64,000 nucleotides of DNA. Origin: Amoebidium appalachense. Its lineage: Eukaryota; Protista; Ichthyosporea. Location: NCBI GenBank assembly GCA_963693365.1, contig CAVNZM010000003.1:3109106-3173105 (forward strand), written 5' to 3'. Under the pieces are notes generated by a model, which saw nothing but the letters and a program-made list of their open reading frames with translations, was not told where the DNA came from and ran no database searches. Position 1 is the first letter of the stretch, and each line of letters starts with the position of its first letter. Position numbers and translations under genes: made by a program. Positions 28,119 to 41,774 of this stretch are shown piece after piece.

Positions 28119-28864
28119 GCCGTGCGTGCACTTGTGCGCGCGTGCTGATCACAAAAACAGTGTGCTATGGAACTGGCTGCCTAGATGCACTAGACCCCTC
28201 AATTCACCTCTGACTGTGCCCCTACCTGAAAGTGGCACCTATTCCTGCTGGGCACCGCACATTCGTTTATGTCGTAGCAGCGGGACTGCAGCAGCCGGTA
28301 GCCCGTGCGGCAGGTCAGTGGCCGGGGCGCCACCACCACGGCAATGACATTGCTGCTGTCTGCTGGGTGGGCACCTTTCAACCCGGGCACATGCAGGGAC
28401 CCAATGCTCAAGCCACTAAACAGACGCCTACAAGGAATACAGTACACACCTACACAAGTCCCTTTTCTAACTCCCCCCCCCCCCTCCCCCTCCCCCCCCC
28501 CCCCCCCCTCCCCGCCCCAACCCCCACCCCCTTTCCCCCGGAAGTCTCACTATATCCCTTTTACGCAACTGGTGTGCTGCTCATCTCTATCCACCCTAAC
28601 AACACCTTGAACATACGATGGCCTTCCCTTTCCCCTTCTAAATAACAGAACAACCGCAGGCCCTGAATCAGAGCACAACTTTAAACCCCTGCACGTGTGC
28701 TATAAAACGAAGGCACTTTCCTAATCCTCCCTACCTGTCAGTGTGGTGTCTGCACTGCTCTCTATGGGTATTGGTGTTGCAGTGGCGTCCTGTTGCAGCT
28801 GGCCCAGGGCAGGAGAAAGGAGCGCGGCGAACAACGTGGCCCAGAGGCCGCGCGGTACTTGCAT
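23349..28864 (-). CDS. Secreted tyrosinase (type-3 copper protein) with N-terminal Ca-EGF repeats and a Thr/Pro mucin-like linker
   Basis: Exons 28864-28735, 28359-28226, 27362-27151, 26832-25834, 25345-25135, 24902-24820, 24559-24298, 24011-23775, 23499-23349. Signal peptide MQVPRGLWATLFAALLSPALG. EGF motifs DINEC..CRNTPGSYTCTC..GYQGDG and NENEC..CMDTIGSFRCVC. CuA YHEQ..AAHASNAFLHWHRHFL, IPYWDW, CuB WHAIIHN..GG..DPLFFMHHGMVD. Confidence 0.9.
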
Positions 28865-30014
28865 GGTGACCGCGAATGTGAGATGAGTTTTCTATTATTG
28901 ATGCGTGTGTCAGTGGGACTGCATGCTTTTGGTCCTGCCTGGGAATCAAGAAGGAAACGCCTAACTAAAGCAAAATTATACGGGCGATCAACATGCAAAA
29001 GTTTTCCCCTAACTTGGTGTATGATAAAAACCAGATGACTGGGGCTTATAAAAAGTTTCAACCCACGTATGCGGAATGTTTGGCTGTCTCTATAGGTGGT
29101 GTGCTTCATAGGCGCCTAGCCCCTGTCTATATTCAAGCGACCTGACTTTACAGCCCGCCTGTACCTTCTTGTTTCCGTATAGCTTTTCTACAAACCGACC
29201 AGGGGGCGGGGGCCTGCATGAACTATCTGCTCTCCATACATGACCTGCCTACAGGCGTGTACACCCCTCACGTTACACGTCTCGAGCTTTTGTTGTTTAG
29301 AAAGAAGACCCATGCAAGTGTCACCTTCTCAGCCCTCGGCATATCTGCACTTAAAAATATAGTTTCGATTTGCTGTTTAGAAGATTTTTAGGTGCTCTTA
29401 AAGGTTTAAAAAAATATTTAAGTTCAAAATGCCTTTGGCTTATCACGTAGCTGTTGTCGGCTGTTGTCGGCCCTACGGAATTTTTTGCGGGCTGGCTGGT
29501 ATGCGGTAGTGCGAAGCGCACCAATCCGAAGCTTGTCAGCACATTCCATTGTGCTCGTCACATTCCAACGGATAAATATTCAACTTCCACCATGCAGCAA
29601 TGCCGTCTCAGGTGAAGGGCTGTCACCGCGGCACAGGCAGGCTCACAGGCAGACAGGTGCGGTCTTCACACGGCGCGCATACGCTAGCAGCTTGCGACAC
29701 ACGCACAGAACACGCATGCAGATGGACTCGCGCACACAAACCGGACGCGTCCATAAACGGACCGGCAACACACGCGCATGCACGCACATACAGCCACATG
29801 CACACGCACGATGACACGCGCGAGCAAACGTACGCGCATACTGCACACACACACGCACACAAACGCCGCGGCCTGAGTCACACACGCACGCACGCACACC
29901 TTTCACACACGCAAGCACACAAACACGCAGGCGCGCACACACGTGCACACACGCATACATGCACCGTTCGCGCATACACATACGCACACACGCGCGCACA
30001 CACACACGCTCGCG

Positions 30015-30047
<33 letters not shown>

Positions 30048-30650
30048 TCACTCACTCACTCACTGCACACACACACTGACGCACACACACACGCTCTCTC
30101 TCTTGCCATATTTAGTAACCTGGTCATGCTGTGCAGGGGCACATGATCGTTTCTCTTGTGTGCCTTCAGTGGAACATTGCACTGACTCTTATCAGATCGT
30201 TGCAGGGCGCTGCTGCTTCTGACTGAACACTGCGTGTGAGCGAGTGATCACATGAGATTATGGCGGTCTTGTACACTGAATACACTGCTGTCCACTTTTC
30301 GGTTTCCTTTTGCATTACTTGATAGATTTGTTTTAGAGCTTGCATGTTGCGTACCAACACCGTGTGCCAGACAAGAGAGAAGGAATCGCTGTAGGTAGTA
30401 ATGATTGTTCAACACTCTGCACTAGCCTGTACTTATGGTGCTATACAGCATATTGATATGAAAGGGCCAGAATTGTTTTGTGTTTGACGGGCAATTTTCC
30501 GTTGCCCACCCCCAACCCCTGCAGGGAAAGGGAGAGGGAAGACGACTGCCTTTGCACGTATGTGCACATGTGTGTATGTGTGTTAACGTTTGCAGGGAGG
30601 GGGGAGGGAGGGGGGGAGGGTGGATGTATGTTTGTGTGTCTGGTGCCGTG

Positions 30651-31229
30651 GGGGGGCGGGTTGGTGCAATGGTAAGATCTCTGCGTGTCAAGCTCAAAGT
30701 CGCAGGATCAATCCTGGTTACTTCCGATTTTTCTGCCTCCGGTCTGGCCGCCCCCTAGAAGCCATCACCCCAGACCACGTCAAGCAGCACCACCAATTTG
30801 TTATCATCCGGCCGCAAGACATGACGTCATGAACAGCACCGGCCCTCTGACGTCGACGGCGCGCCGCTTGGGCATCCCAGCCCGGGAGACCAATCCGAGT
30901 CACCGGCCACGGTTCGGGTCAGCGTCCTGGGCATGGGGTCTTCCCCTTTCAAGTCTTTATGTTTGTGTATGTGTCCCGGGTCGCTCCCCGCCACGGCCAT
31001 CTAGAAACACCGGCTGGTGTTGTTAAAGTGAGCACAGCTCACTTCCCCACTAGCGTTGCTGCGGCTAGAACCGTGGGATAAGGCGTAACTAAAAATAGTG
31101 CCAGTTGGGGTCAATGAGAATCCTGGCTTATGAGTGTGCTATACAGTACGATCTGTGTCTAGGCGGAAGGCGGTAAGCTCCCCTGTGGCAGTGCCTCGCC
31201 GGGAGTGAAACGGGATAAAATAAAAAAAA
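30651..31229 (+). mobile_element. tRNA-derived SINE (579 bp)
   Basis: 14-bp TSD tgtctggtgccgtg (30637-30650, 31230-31243). A box TGGTGCAATGG 30662-30672, B-box-like GGATCAATCC 30705-30714, 3' stem-loop and ataaaataaaaaaaa tail. Confidence 0.88.
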
Positions 31230-31322
31230 TGTCTGGTGCCGTGCGTGCGTACGTGTGTCATCCAATGGCACATTGGCCATGTTTTATCAGGCGAATGTAT
31301 TTTAACGGTTGCTGCTAACTGT

Positions 31323-31374
<52 letters not shown>

Positions 31375-31537
31375 AGGGAGGACAGGTGGAAGGGGAAGGG
31401 GTCGGGGGGGTCATTGCCTTCTTTTACACATGGTCAGTGATGTGTCCGGATTCAGGATATGCCATGAATAAACCGTGAAGCAGACAAAAACTGTCATGTC
31501 AAGTCTGCGAGCAGTACTAGCAACAAGAACAGCAACA

Positions 31538-31588
<51 letters not shown>

Positions 31589-31660
31589 CCCTGCCGCGCC
31601 CCCAATAACCCCCTTCTATCCTTTTTTGTGCTTCCTTTATTCCTTTCCGTACACCATCCC

Positions 31661-31698
<38 letters not shown>

Positions 31699-32008
31699 CC
31701 CGACGGTTGACCTACTAATGAAAAGCAAAGGAGTGATGCTGGTTTAAATCTGTTCATGATTCAGACCGGGTGAATTTGGAATTACAGGAATCATAGTGTT
31801 CGAAAACAATGGTCCCCCCCTCCCTCCCCCCCCCCCCCCCTCTCTTCTGAGTCTTCTCCCTCCCTTCCCTCCCAACCAGCACACATGCAGTGCATATATG
31901 CACACACACACAAAACACACACTCGCACACACACACACACACATACACTCACCCAACCACATGTGTGAGCCCACACACACATGCAAGCAAGCGAACACAC
32001 AAGTACAT

Positions 32009-32132
<124 letters not shown>

Positions 32133-32743
32133 GCGTGTGTTCGTGTATGTCAGCCTGGCTACCTACATATGGACGTTTACATACATGTGCGTGCATCTAC
32201 ATACGCGCTCATGCCAAACACACACATGCGCACCTGCACACACACGTGCACGCATAATTTTCTCCTCATTCAAACTCAAAACAACCACCAGCCGAGCACC
32301 TATATGAGTAACAATCGAACCGAGTCCCCTGCACCGTTTCCCAACTGCCATCAAAACTTTGGCTTCTGTCATGTACCATGTGGTGTTTTCCCGGGGTGCT
32401 GGGAGGTTGCAGTGGATAGTCATGATTCCAAGTTTTCATATGACATGCACCTGATGCATACGGTGAATAGTATAATAGAACTTGATGGCCGTGTTGCACG
32501 ATATGTGAATGCAGACACACGAACACGTTAGTTATGGGATATATTTACACGGAAATAGAAGGCATATGCCGTGTGCACGTGGCCTGTAATATGGGGATGG
32601 ACAGCATGAGGGTGTCAGGCAATGGCACCATCCCGGGCAAAGGGGGGAATGGGGGAGGGAGTTTTTTTTTTGTTTTGTTTTGTTTTTTGTGTGTGTGTGT
32701 GTATGTGTACGTGTGTGTGGTTGGTGGTGGTGGTGGTGGTGGT

Positions 32744-32796
<53 letters not shown>

Positions 32797-33237
32797 TCGT
32801 CAATATATAGTTTTTATTATTTCGCTGTTCTAAAATGGTTTACCCTCATATGATATCTTGTAATTGTACAACAACTTTGACGAAAGCCATCGACACGGTG
32901 TTCCATGGCCACGGTTTCGGAAAAATTGACACAGTGGTACACTAATGGTGCAGCCTCAAGGGTAACAGTGCCAGGTCAGCCAATCATATTGCAGCGTCAA
33001 TCCACAGCCAAGCAATCAGATAAATTGTAAAAGACACACTGAATGTATGTACTAAGCCATCATGACCTTCAAAAGAGTTAGCAGGCGGGAAAGCACATGC
33101 ATCAAAACTTGCTGCCACCACAACTGCAATGGGGCATGAGTGCATTCCTAATCTACGGAAGAACTTATTCTCTGCATACATGGTGTTCAGTTAGCAACAC
33201 CACCCACCCCTCCCATATGCATATGTATTTCCACCCA

Positions 33238-35550
33238 TCACATGCCTTCACCATTCTCACTATCCCTTGCAGCACCAGTAGCACTTGAACCCGCCCCATC
33301 ATCCTGCCTATTCCCCACCAGATCCTCATATGTAGGCAGGGATGCAGACGCCATTGACCCCCATGACGTGGACCTACTTGCCATGCGGTGTGCCGGTCTC
33401 CTCGTACTGCTGCTCTGACTGGGCAGCCGGCTGTAATTGGGTGGCCTCTCACCCCCAGGCCCCATATGTAGATCGTTATGGGGGCTGGGTGGTATGTGTG
33501 CTGCTAGGGCTGCGGCAGCCGCGGCAGCCAAACTACCCGTTGACCAGCGGCTGTGTGAGCGCACGAGAGACGCAGCGCTGGCCACGTCCCATACAGACCG
33601 CGAGCGTGGGGTGATGGCTGGTAGTGGCTCGTATGCAAACAGGTCCAGTGATACAAGGTGCTCGGAGGAGAACAAAAAAGGCACGTCTACCTGAAGGATA
33701 GGGGCTCTGGGGCCTGCGTATTCGGCACGCACACGAACGATGTAGCTCACATGGGGCAGTTCAAAGGCCTGCACGATGGGCAGCATGCGGCCACTTGGTG
33801 CAAGAAGGAATGCATCCCCCTCGCTTATACTCTCCTTGCGTACAGCCAACGTGTCACCAAGTATTCTCAGTGCCACAGCACGGGGTATGTGCGCTATAGC
33901 CTCACACTTGGGCACATGGCCTCCCTGCATGTATTTTCCGCAGTTGCAAACAAACTTAGGTCGCAGGGAAAGTTGCTGCATGAAACCTGAGGGTGTACGG
34001 AAGGCACCGCTTGGGGTGGTGCTGACCGGAAATTCGAGTGCTGTGTGGGCCAGTGGGGGGGACAGGTGGCGGCCGACACACTGGTGGATGGTGGCTACAA
34101 GGACACGGCAGGGCTGGCTGGGCCCACAGGCAATGCTGATGCGCACACTGATGTCCTCGCCAATCCTGGGGTATGGTGGTGTGAGCACGTGCACGGTGGG
34201 AGGGATGGGGGGGCATGAAGGTGAGGAAAACACAGGTAGGAGGAGAAGGTGGGCCCCAGAGTGAAAGAGAAAAGGGAGGGTGAGGGGAGGGGGGGACCCC
34301 GGGGGAGGGGGGGGGGGGGGGGGGGGGGTGGGGGGGAAGAAGGGGTGGGGGGATTTGGGTGGGGTGGGGGGATTTGGGCCATCATGGCAGAGCAATGCCA
34401 TTTTGGCAATAGCATTACAACACCAACTTGGTCATGCTTATGTGCCACCCCGGGCCATGCACATCCTTGCACACACACAAAATTTATATGGAGGCACATG
34501 CATGCACAAAGCATGCAGGTTCATGCATGCACACCCTTAACGCAAACAGATACATGCATGCACACCCTTAACGCAAACAGATACATGCTTGCACAACCTT
34601 AAAGCCCACATGCAACACATGCACACACACACACACACCTGTACACGGTCTTTGACAGTGTTGCATACACGTGTGGATGGTTACCCCTCCCCAGCGCCCC
34701 CATCACCGACCCGAGCAGACCGCTAGATGCCGAGTGTGTGACTGGCATCTTTGCCTGCTTCTTTTCGCCATACGATGCCCCCTTAATGATCCCCACAGGG
34801 CTAAGGTGCGCCTCCTCCCCATCCTTAACCGTCACAACGGCCACCACAGACCAGTTAAGGCTCACGTGTTCGCCCTCTGCACTGCTTGCAAGATAGTGCA
34901 CGGTGTTGGGGAGGGTCTTGTCGTATTGAAACTCAAACGTGTACTCGTAGCGCCCTGAGGGGTGGCGTAGATGTAAGAAATAAATCTTTACAGACTGTGA
35001 ATTCGAATCTATTCGGCTGAAACATGTATCGGATGGGATGTCTGTGAGGTTGGTGGTGTTGCAGAAGAAAAGTAAAGAAGGGAAGCGAAGGACAGCAGTG
35101 GTGGTGGTGGGGGGCGAGAAGGGGGGGGGGGGGAGGAGGGGGGGGGAGGGGCGAGAGGGAGGGGGGGGGGAAGGGGGGAGGGGGGCGGGGAGGGGGGGGG
35201 GGGGGGGGGGGATTGGCTGAGAGAGCACATAAACACGAAAAGAGGAGGGAGCTAAGGGTGGTGACATTCTAACTCATTTGAAGCACCGTGCAGATATAAG
35301 TCACTGATATCGGTGGTTTGTATGGGCACATGGGAAAGGCTGTAACTCCATATATATGGCAACACTTAAATTAGATCTACAAATGTGCATCCATGTGCTC
35401 AACAATTAAAAATAATCGTAATTTCGGCACTGGTATGCTAGCAACCCCCCTCCCCTCCTTTCCTCTCCTCTCAACCCACCCCCTCCCCCCCCTCCTAATC
35501 ACCACCTCCTCTCTTTCTGTTGTGTGTGTGTACGCGCACGCGCGTGTGCG

Positions 35551-35612
<62 letters not shown>

Positions 35613-35873
35613 GTGTGTGTATGTTAGTGAGCGGCCAATGTACGCGTGTTTGTGCGTGTGCGTGTGTGTATACGCTTGTTAACCATTCCGAACATCATGT
35701 GTCGTGACACATGCGCTTTCATGTGTGTGTGTGTGTGTGTGTGTGTGAGTGTGTGTTTGTATGTGTGTTTGGGTGCGAACGTGCGTGTTAGTGTGCCAGT
35801 GTGTGTGTATGCATATGTGCATGCGTGTGTCTGTGTGTGTATGTAAAAAGGTGTGTGTGTATGTGTGTGTTCA

Positions 35874-35930
<57 letters not shown>

Positions 35931-36144
35931 ACGTGTGTGTGTGTGTGTGCGCGCGCGCGTGTGTATGCTCGTGCACAATTGTGTGGGTGTGTGTATGTGT
36001 GTACGCTTCCTTACCAGCTGCCCGTGCGCATGTGTGTGTGTGCATGCATGTGTGTGCATGCAAGCGCGTGCACACGTGTGTGTGAGTGAGTGAGAGGGTG
36101 AGTAAGTGTGTGTGTGTGTTTGTGTGTGTGCCTGTGTGTGTGTT

Positions 36145-36183
<39 letters not shown>

Positions 36184-36455
36184 CGTGTGTGTGCGTGTGT
36201 GTGCGTGTGTGTGTGTGTGTGTGTTGTGTGTCGTGTGAGTGAATGAGTGTGCTGGGAGTGTGTGCCTTACGGTTAGCCTGTGTGTCCATGTGTTCGTCGT
36301 GCATGGGTGTGTCCATTGTGAGCACACGTGTGCGTGTGTGTGTGCGCGTTAGTGTGCCTGTGCGTGTCCGTGTGTAGGTGTGTGTGTGTGTGCGTGTGTC
36401 TGTGTGTTTGTGTGCGTGTGTGTGTGTGTGTGCGTGTGTGTGGTGTGTGTGCATG

Positions 36456-36506
<51 letters not shown>

Positions 36507-36722
36507 CTTGCTTTCTCAACGTTGTGACGTGTTTACTGTGTGTAAGTGTGTGCCGTATGCGTGGAGCCGTTGTGCACAGACAGTTGTTTGAGTAGTGCGT
36601 GTTTGTGTGTCACGTGGTGTGTGTGCGCGTGTGTGTTGGTGCATGGGCTATGGGTGTGAGAGCAAGCCTGCGTGGGCGCTTGCACGCACGCCTTCGTGTG
36701 TGTGTTTGTGTGTGTGTGTGTG

Positions 36723-36767
<45 letters not shown>

Positions 36768-37331
36768 GGACGGCGGGATGGGGGGAGCGGACTGGGGAGA
36801 TGTGTGCGCGTGTTCTGGTGTATGTGTAGGTTTGAGCGTGTGGGTACATGAGTTCAGTTACAAATGCATTGTGGCACTTTGTTTTGTGCAGGAATTGAAT
36901 GCTATCATGTGCATGCATTTGGCTTCAAAACCCAAGCCAGTGTGGCCACCAGTAAACCACGGCGATTAGTTTATAATGAATAGTGAGTGCTGCACGCACG
37001 TACCTTTGTTTTGGTTTGGATCAAACTTCATCTTCTTCTCCAACACATACTCCACTTCGCGGACGTCCAGTCTTGTAGGCTCCTCATCAAAAACCCCGAC
37101 AGACAGGGTGCCACGCAGGCACACGGCCAGCCTTTTGACTCGGAGTGTGCGGTGTGCATACAGGGTACATGTCCCGCGGATGGTGTCTTTGTCGAAAAAC
37201 ACACGCCTATCAAGCAGCAGGGAAATTTCTGCACGCTCGCGCACGTACTTCTTGGCATTGACTGTGGATGTGCTTGCCCGGGTGCTGGGCACCTGGGAGT
37301 CCCCTGGCCTCTCAGACATGCTGGGGTGCAT
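33238..37331 (-). CDS. Alpha-arrestin (arrestin N/C domains with PY-motif tail)
   Basis: Exons 37331-37004, 34954-34639, 34165-33238 join in phase. Arrestin-like motifs [44 protein letters not shown]. Tail contains PPNY and LPTY. Confidence 0.8.
35520..36770. repeat. Long degenerate (GT)n microsatellite in the arrestin intron
   Basis: Directly visible. Confidence 0.95.
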
Positions 37332-38886
37332 TATTGCGTGGTGGTGTGCGTGTTAATTCGTTGTGAGGATGTTTTTGTCTACAGAAGTGTGAAAGCATGC
37401 AGGCCGCGGGCCTCGCTGCATACGACGAGTGTGGATGCTAATGATTTGCTCAAAAAACGGTTTTTTAGTTTCATTGCAAGGTGCTGCTCAGCAGAAATGG
37501 TCTTCAGCTCAGCTGGTGTCCGGCAGTGTACCTATGTACCGTACTAGTATACGTATACACTGTGGTCGATTGCGAAAAAATGCCGCACTCCGCACATACC
37601 GGTTTAGGGAGCCAAGCCGAAAAACTTCTTTACGACGTTGGTTAGCCGTTACGGACATACTTAACTTTGTCGGAGTTTTCTCCAATATGTGTAAGAAGCC
37701 AAATTCTAAACTTTATTTGGTCTGGCGAAGGTAGCGAGACGAGTATATCACACGGAATGTAGAATTACTTCTTGGGAGCGCGCCATGCTATGTGGGACAC
37801 TATACCTCGCTTTGGGAGTGTGGGGAGATTAGCCAAATGCGTTTTAATTGGTTCTTGCTTTTGGCGCACCCATTCGCCTGCTCTCATTGGATAAATAGTT
37901 TAAAAATAGATTTCTATTTGCCTATGTCGATTGGTTCGGAACGCATCAACCCGGGATATTTAGATCCGAAAGTTACACATGCATGTGTGTTCGGCCGGCG
38001 CAAGCTCTCTGGCGGAGACCAGCTGAGTGAGCACTGAGCGGGCGAGCAGCTTAGCTGAGGTTCCTGAGCTTGCGCCACGCTCAAGAGGCAGGCAGCCACA
38101 GTGACACGCAACTTGATAAATAGCACGTGCACGGCTTACAGACCTAAAATATTCCCACGAGTTCGTCTACAGCACACGTACCTGCACCTTTGCCAGCTTA
38201 GGTTTGCTGCAAAAAACTGTAAACTGGCGAGAACAACGTCAGCAGACCAAGCAGGCAACATGTACAGCGACGAACAGCGATAAAGGCCTAGGACGTCAGT
38301 AAAGTGTCACAAAGGGTGAACCAATTAGCACTGACACTGACGGTGCCACGGTCGACGCAGTACGGTACGTACATAGTACTACGTAATGATACCCCGTTTT
38401 TCAGCGGAACCGCAAGGCAAGCACTTGTCAAGAGACGCCTGTAATACAGTATTTTAATGAGACCATTATCACCCTATCATTATATTCAGGTCTTTAAATG
38501 CGGAGAAGGTTTTTGTGGTAGAATAGTTATATAGTTTGGCTAATATTCGAGTATCACGGTATACATGTACCTTATGTGCACCAGGCCACCAGCAAGAAAG
38601 CAAGAGGCTGCCCTCCGCGGGTACGTACGTATACGGTGGCTCAGCCGAAAGCCAATCACTGCAGTCGATAGCTAGTCCGTCCCCTAACCTCCAATAGGAA
38701 CGTTGCGATGATTTGTGGCACAGTCCATGCACAAGATGCAGCAAGAGTCAGATCATCGCCCATAAAAAGTACCACAAGCGGTTCCGAGGCTAGCATTTGC
38801 ATAGGCATCGACGGCACCACACAAACTGGTTGTAACTGGGTCGCAGAAGGGTGCATTAATTGTAGGTAGAATATCTATCAGTCAGA

Positions 38887-40575
38887 ATGGATGCCAACGT
38901 GTCTACTCGTTCACGGCATGCAGCAAATTTGCGTGCCTGGGTCTGTGTGTGTGCGGCCCTCATGCCTGTGGGTCTTGTGTCCGGCATGGTCGGCGCCAGT
39001 AACTCCCTGCATCAAGCCGTCAGCATTATCCAAAATGCAAACACCCACATGGTGAGGGCTCTGCACTTCGACACCCATGCCCGGGATGGCAACACACTCG
39101 CCCAGCAAATCACCTCTGCATCACCAGCCACCTTTGTGCCGACTGGGCGTGACTGGGAAATCTACGACTTTTCCCGCAAGGCAGCTGCCTGCGACATGCG
39201 CACAGACCCCTCCAAATGCAGCTGGGCCAGCCTAGGGCCCATGTCCATGGTTCGCCCCGCAGACACGAATACTGGGTGCCTCGACCCCAAGGCACCGTAT
39301 GTCTTTCAGGTGGTGAAGGGTAGTGCAGACCACCTGCTCATTTATTTCCAGGGCGGTGGTGCATGCTGGTCTGCTAGCATGGCCTCACCTGGTGTGTGCT
39401 ACGGTGACTCCATCTTGACCACCACGGCACCCTTCTACGCCGAGACAGGTGTGTTTGACGCCAAGAATCCAGACAACCCCTACCGCAACTACACGGTGGT
39501 GGGCGTCAGCTACTGCTCGGGGGACATGCACTCAGGCAACGTGGTGCGCACAATCACTGGTGTGGACGGCAAAAGCAAAGGTGTAAGCGTGGCACAGGCC
39601 GGGGCAAACAACACTATGGCCACGCTGGAGTGGGTGTATGAAAACTTCAAACACCCAAAGAGGCTGGTGATTTCGGGCTGCTCGGCAGGGTCAGTGGCTG
39701 CACAGCTTTGGGCCGGGCCCATTCTGGCCCACTACAACACCAGTCTGGCTGATGGATCTATGAGGGCCGCTGTAGTGGCAGACAGCTTTGCCGGCGTCTT
39801 CCCCCACCACCAGACCGACCTTATGACGTCATACGGTGTGGCAAACACCCCCATTGCGGCGCACATTGATCAAGACATGCACACTCGTCTTGCACGAGGC
39901 CAGCTATATTTTTGTGAGGCTGCGGCCTACATCCAGGACCATTATCCCACTGTCCCCTTTTTGCACGTGCAGCCAGCCACCGATAACGTGCAGCACGCCT
40001 TTTACATTGCACTTGAGGCCTCAATTGTCGACCAGAAAAACACGAGCAAGTCTACCTCCCCCTCCCTCCCCGCATGTGCACAAGCGTCAGTGCCACCCTC
40101 AGGTACCTATCCGACAGGCAGGCAGCTGTATGAGCGCACAATTAGCCTGTACGAGTATTACGTGGGCACTGGGGCCTACAATTTTGCACCGTTCATTGTG
40201 CAGTCATCCGCACACTGCTTCACCCCCTATGCCAGCCTCTACAGAATCAACATCACCACCCCCACGGGCACAGTTCGTCTTGTGGACTGGCTTTCTATGG
40301 CCCCCCTCTCAACCGGCAGCACGATTAGCGGGGAGTGTGATACGTCTGGGCCCAACACATGCAGTGAGAGTGTGTTGGCAGTGGTGGATGGTAGCGGGCA
40401 GGCACCGCATGCACACAGTGGTACCTCAGAGACTTTGCCAGCAGAAACGGCTACACAGCTGCAGCCACCCACCGGTTTGGCTGTGGGCAGCAGGGCTGTG
40501 AGTGTGGGCCCACAGAGCAGGTGGGGTGTATTGGCACTGGTGGTGGGGTGGGTGTCAGCTGCAGGGCTATGGTGA
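38887..40575 (+). CDS. Pectinacetylesterase/Notum-family esterase, secreted, possibly GPI-anchored, intronless
   Basis: Motifs LLIYFQGGGACW, YCSGDMH, GCSAG nucleophile elbow, ADS and a late His (SAHC). Hydrophobic N-terminal and C-terminal segments. Confidence 0.88.
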   Translation: MDANVSTRSRHAANLRAWVCVCAALMPVGLVSGMVGASNSLHQAVSIIQNANTHMVRALHFDTHARDGNTLAQQITSASPATFVPTGRDWEIYDFSRKAAACDMRTDPSKCSWASLGPMSMVRPADTNTGCLDPKAPYVFQVVKGSADHLLIYFQGGGACWSASMASPGVCYGDSILTTTAPFYAETGVFDAKNPDNPYRNYTVVGVSYCSGDMHSGNVVRTITGVDGKSKGVSVAQAGANNTMATLEWVYENFKHPKRLVISGCSAGSVAAQLWAGPILAHYNTSLADGSMRAAVVADSFAGVFPHHQTDLMTSYGVANTPIAAHIDQDMHTRLARGQLYFCEAAAYIQDHYPTVPFLHVQPATDNVQHAFYIALEASIVDQKNTSKSTSPSLPACAQASVPPSGTYPTGRQLYERTISLYEYYVGTGAYNFAPFIVQSSAHCFTPYASLYRINITTPTGTVRLVDWLSMAPLSTGSTISGECDTSGPNTCSESVLAVVDGSGQAPHAHSGTSETLPAETATQLQPPTGLAVGSRAVSVGPQSRWGVLALVVGWVSAAGLW

Positions 40576-41774
40576 GCTGCAACATGGACTAGGCGCCACA
40601 CAGCTGGCCTGTGATGCACTATGCTTGAGGTCTCCGATGTAGGATATCGTCCCGCTTGGTCTAGGTTTACTAATTAAGGTATTGTTGTGAGTGCATAGGC
40701 AAGTATATAGATTATTGTAACAAATTTAAAACATGATCTTATTCAAGATTACTGAGCACTTGTACAGGCCCATCTATGATTCTAAAAACCTCCTACATGT
40801 ACATATAAAATCTATAGACATTAGAGCCTTCGCTTGTAACTATAAAAATTAAGCTTCATGACTATGCTACCAAAAAATATCCACATCCCCCCTCCCCCTC
40901 CTCCCTCCATCCCCCCCTCCCCTCCCCCTCCCAGCACACACAAACACACCCCATTCCCACCCCGGGGCCCAAAACTCTTCCCCAAAACTTGGATTTTCTA
41001 CGTTTATTTGAAAGTTATGTCCACACTCTCATCTTTGGCTGGGCACCGACACAACAAGAGAAGCACACATAGTTTTGGATGGGTGGACATAGTCAGATAA
41101 ATGAAAGGGGCTCGTATAACTAGAAGGGAAAGCAGACACTTCGAATAGCACGGGGCACCAGTACTGAAGATTCAGCAATCAACAACCTCCCCCCCCCCCC
41201 CCCCCCCAAAAAAAAAAAAAAAAAAAGGAAACAGACACACACCCCGGGACATCCACCACCAATTGGGGTGTTGCCCCCATGCTGGGTCAGGGAAGCCTTC
41301 CTCACCCAGCCGCCACCACAACATTTTTCTAACCCCCTTTCCCCCCTCCCCCTCCCCCCTCCATCGATATCCATCCCCATCTATCCCCCTCCCCCCCCCC
41401 CCCCCCCCCCCCCCTCTCTCCCCTCCCATGCACTTTGCCCCCCCTCCCCCCTCCCCTCCCCCCGCCCCCATAAATGTTGTCAAATCTAGTAATCAGTCAA
41501 AGCCCTCCTTTCACCATCCCCCCTTTCACAACTTGTTAAGCCGTATCCCTTCTTTCAGAGATCCATTCAATGCAGTCTAGTGCTTTCTTGCCAATTTACC
41601 AATATTTTGATACGTGAACACTAGAGAAATGAGGGCTTTCTAAAAACCCATGCTTTCTTCCAAATGCTTCCTCTTTGTCCCTTCACTTTAACCCCCCCCC
41701 TCACCCCCCTCCTCCCACCCCCCTTCCCCCCTCCCCCAAAAAAAACATTTACCACCGTTACACACCCGGGCTTG

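Noticed and set aside
37914-38132. Short secreted-peptide ORF (MHVLFIKLRVTVAACLLSVAQA...)
   Set aside because: Signal-peptide-like start only; no supportable downstream exon or homology.
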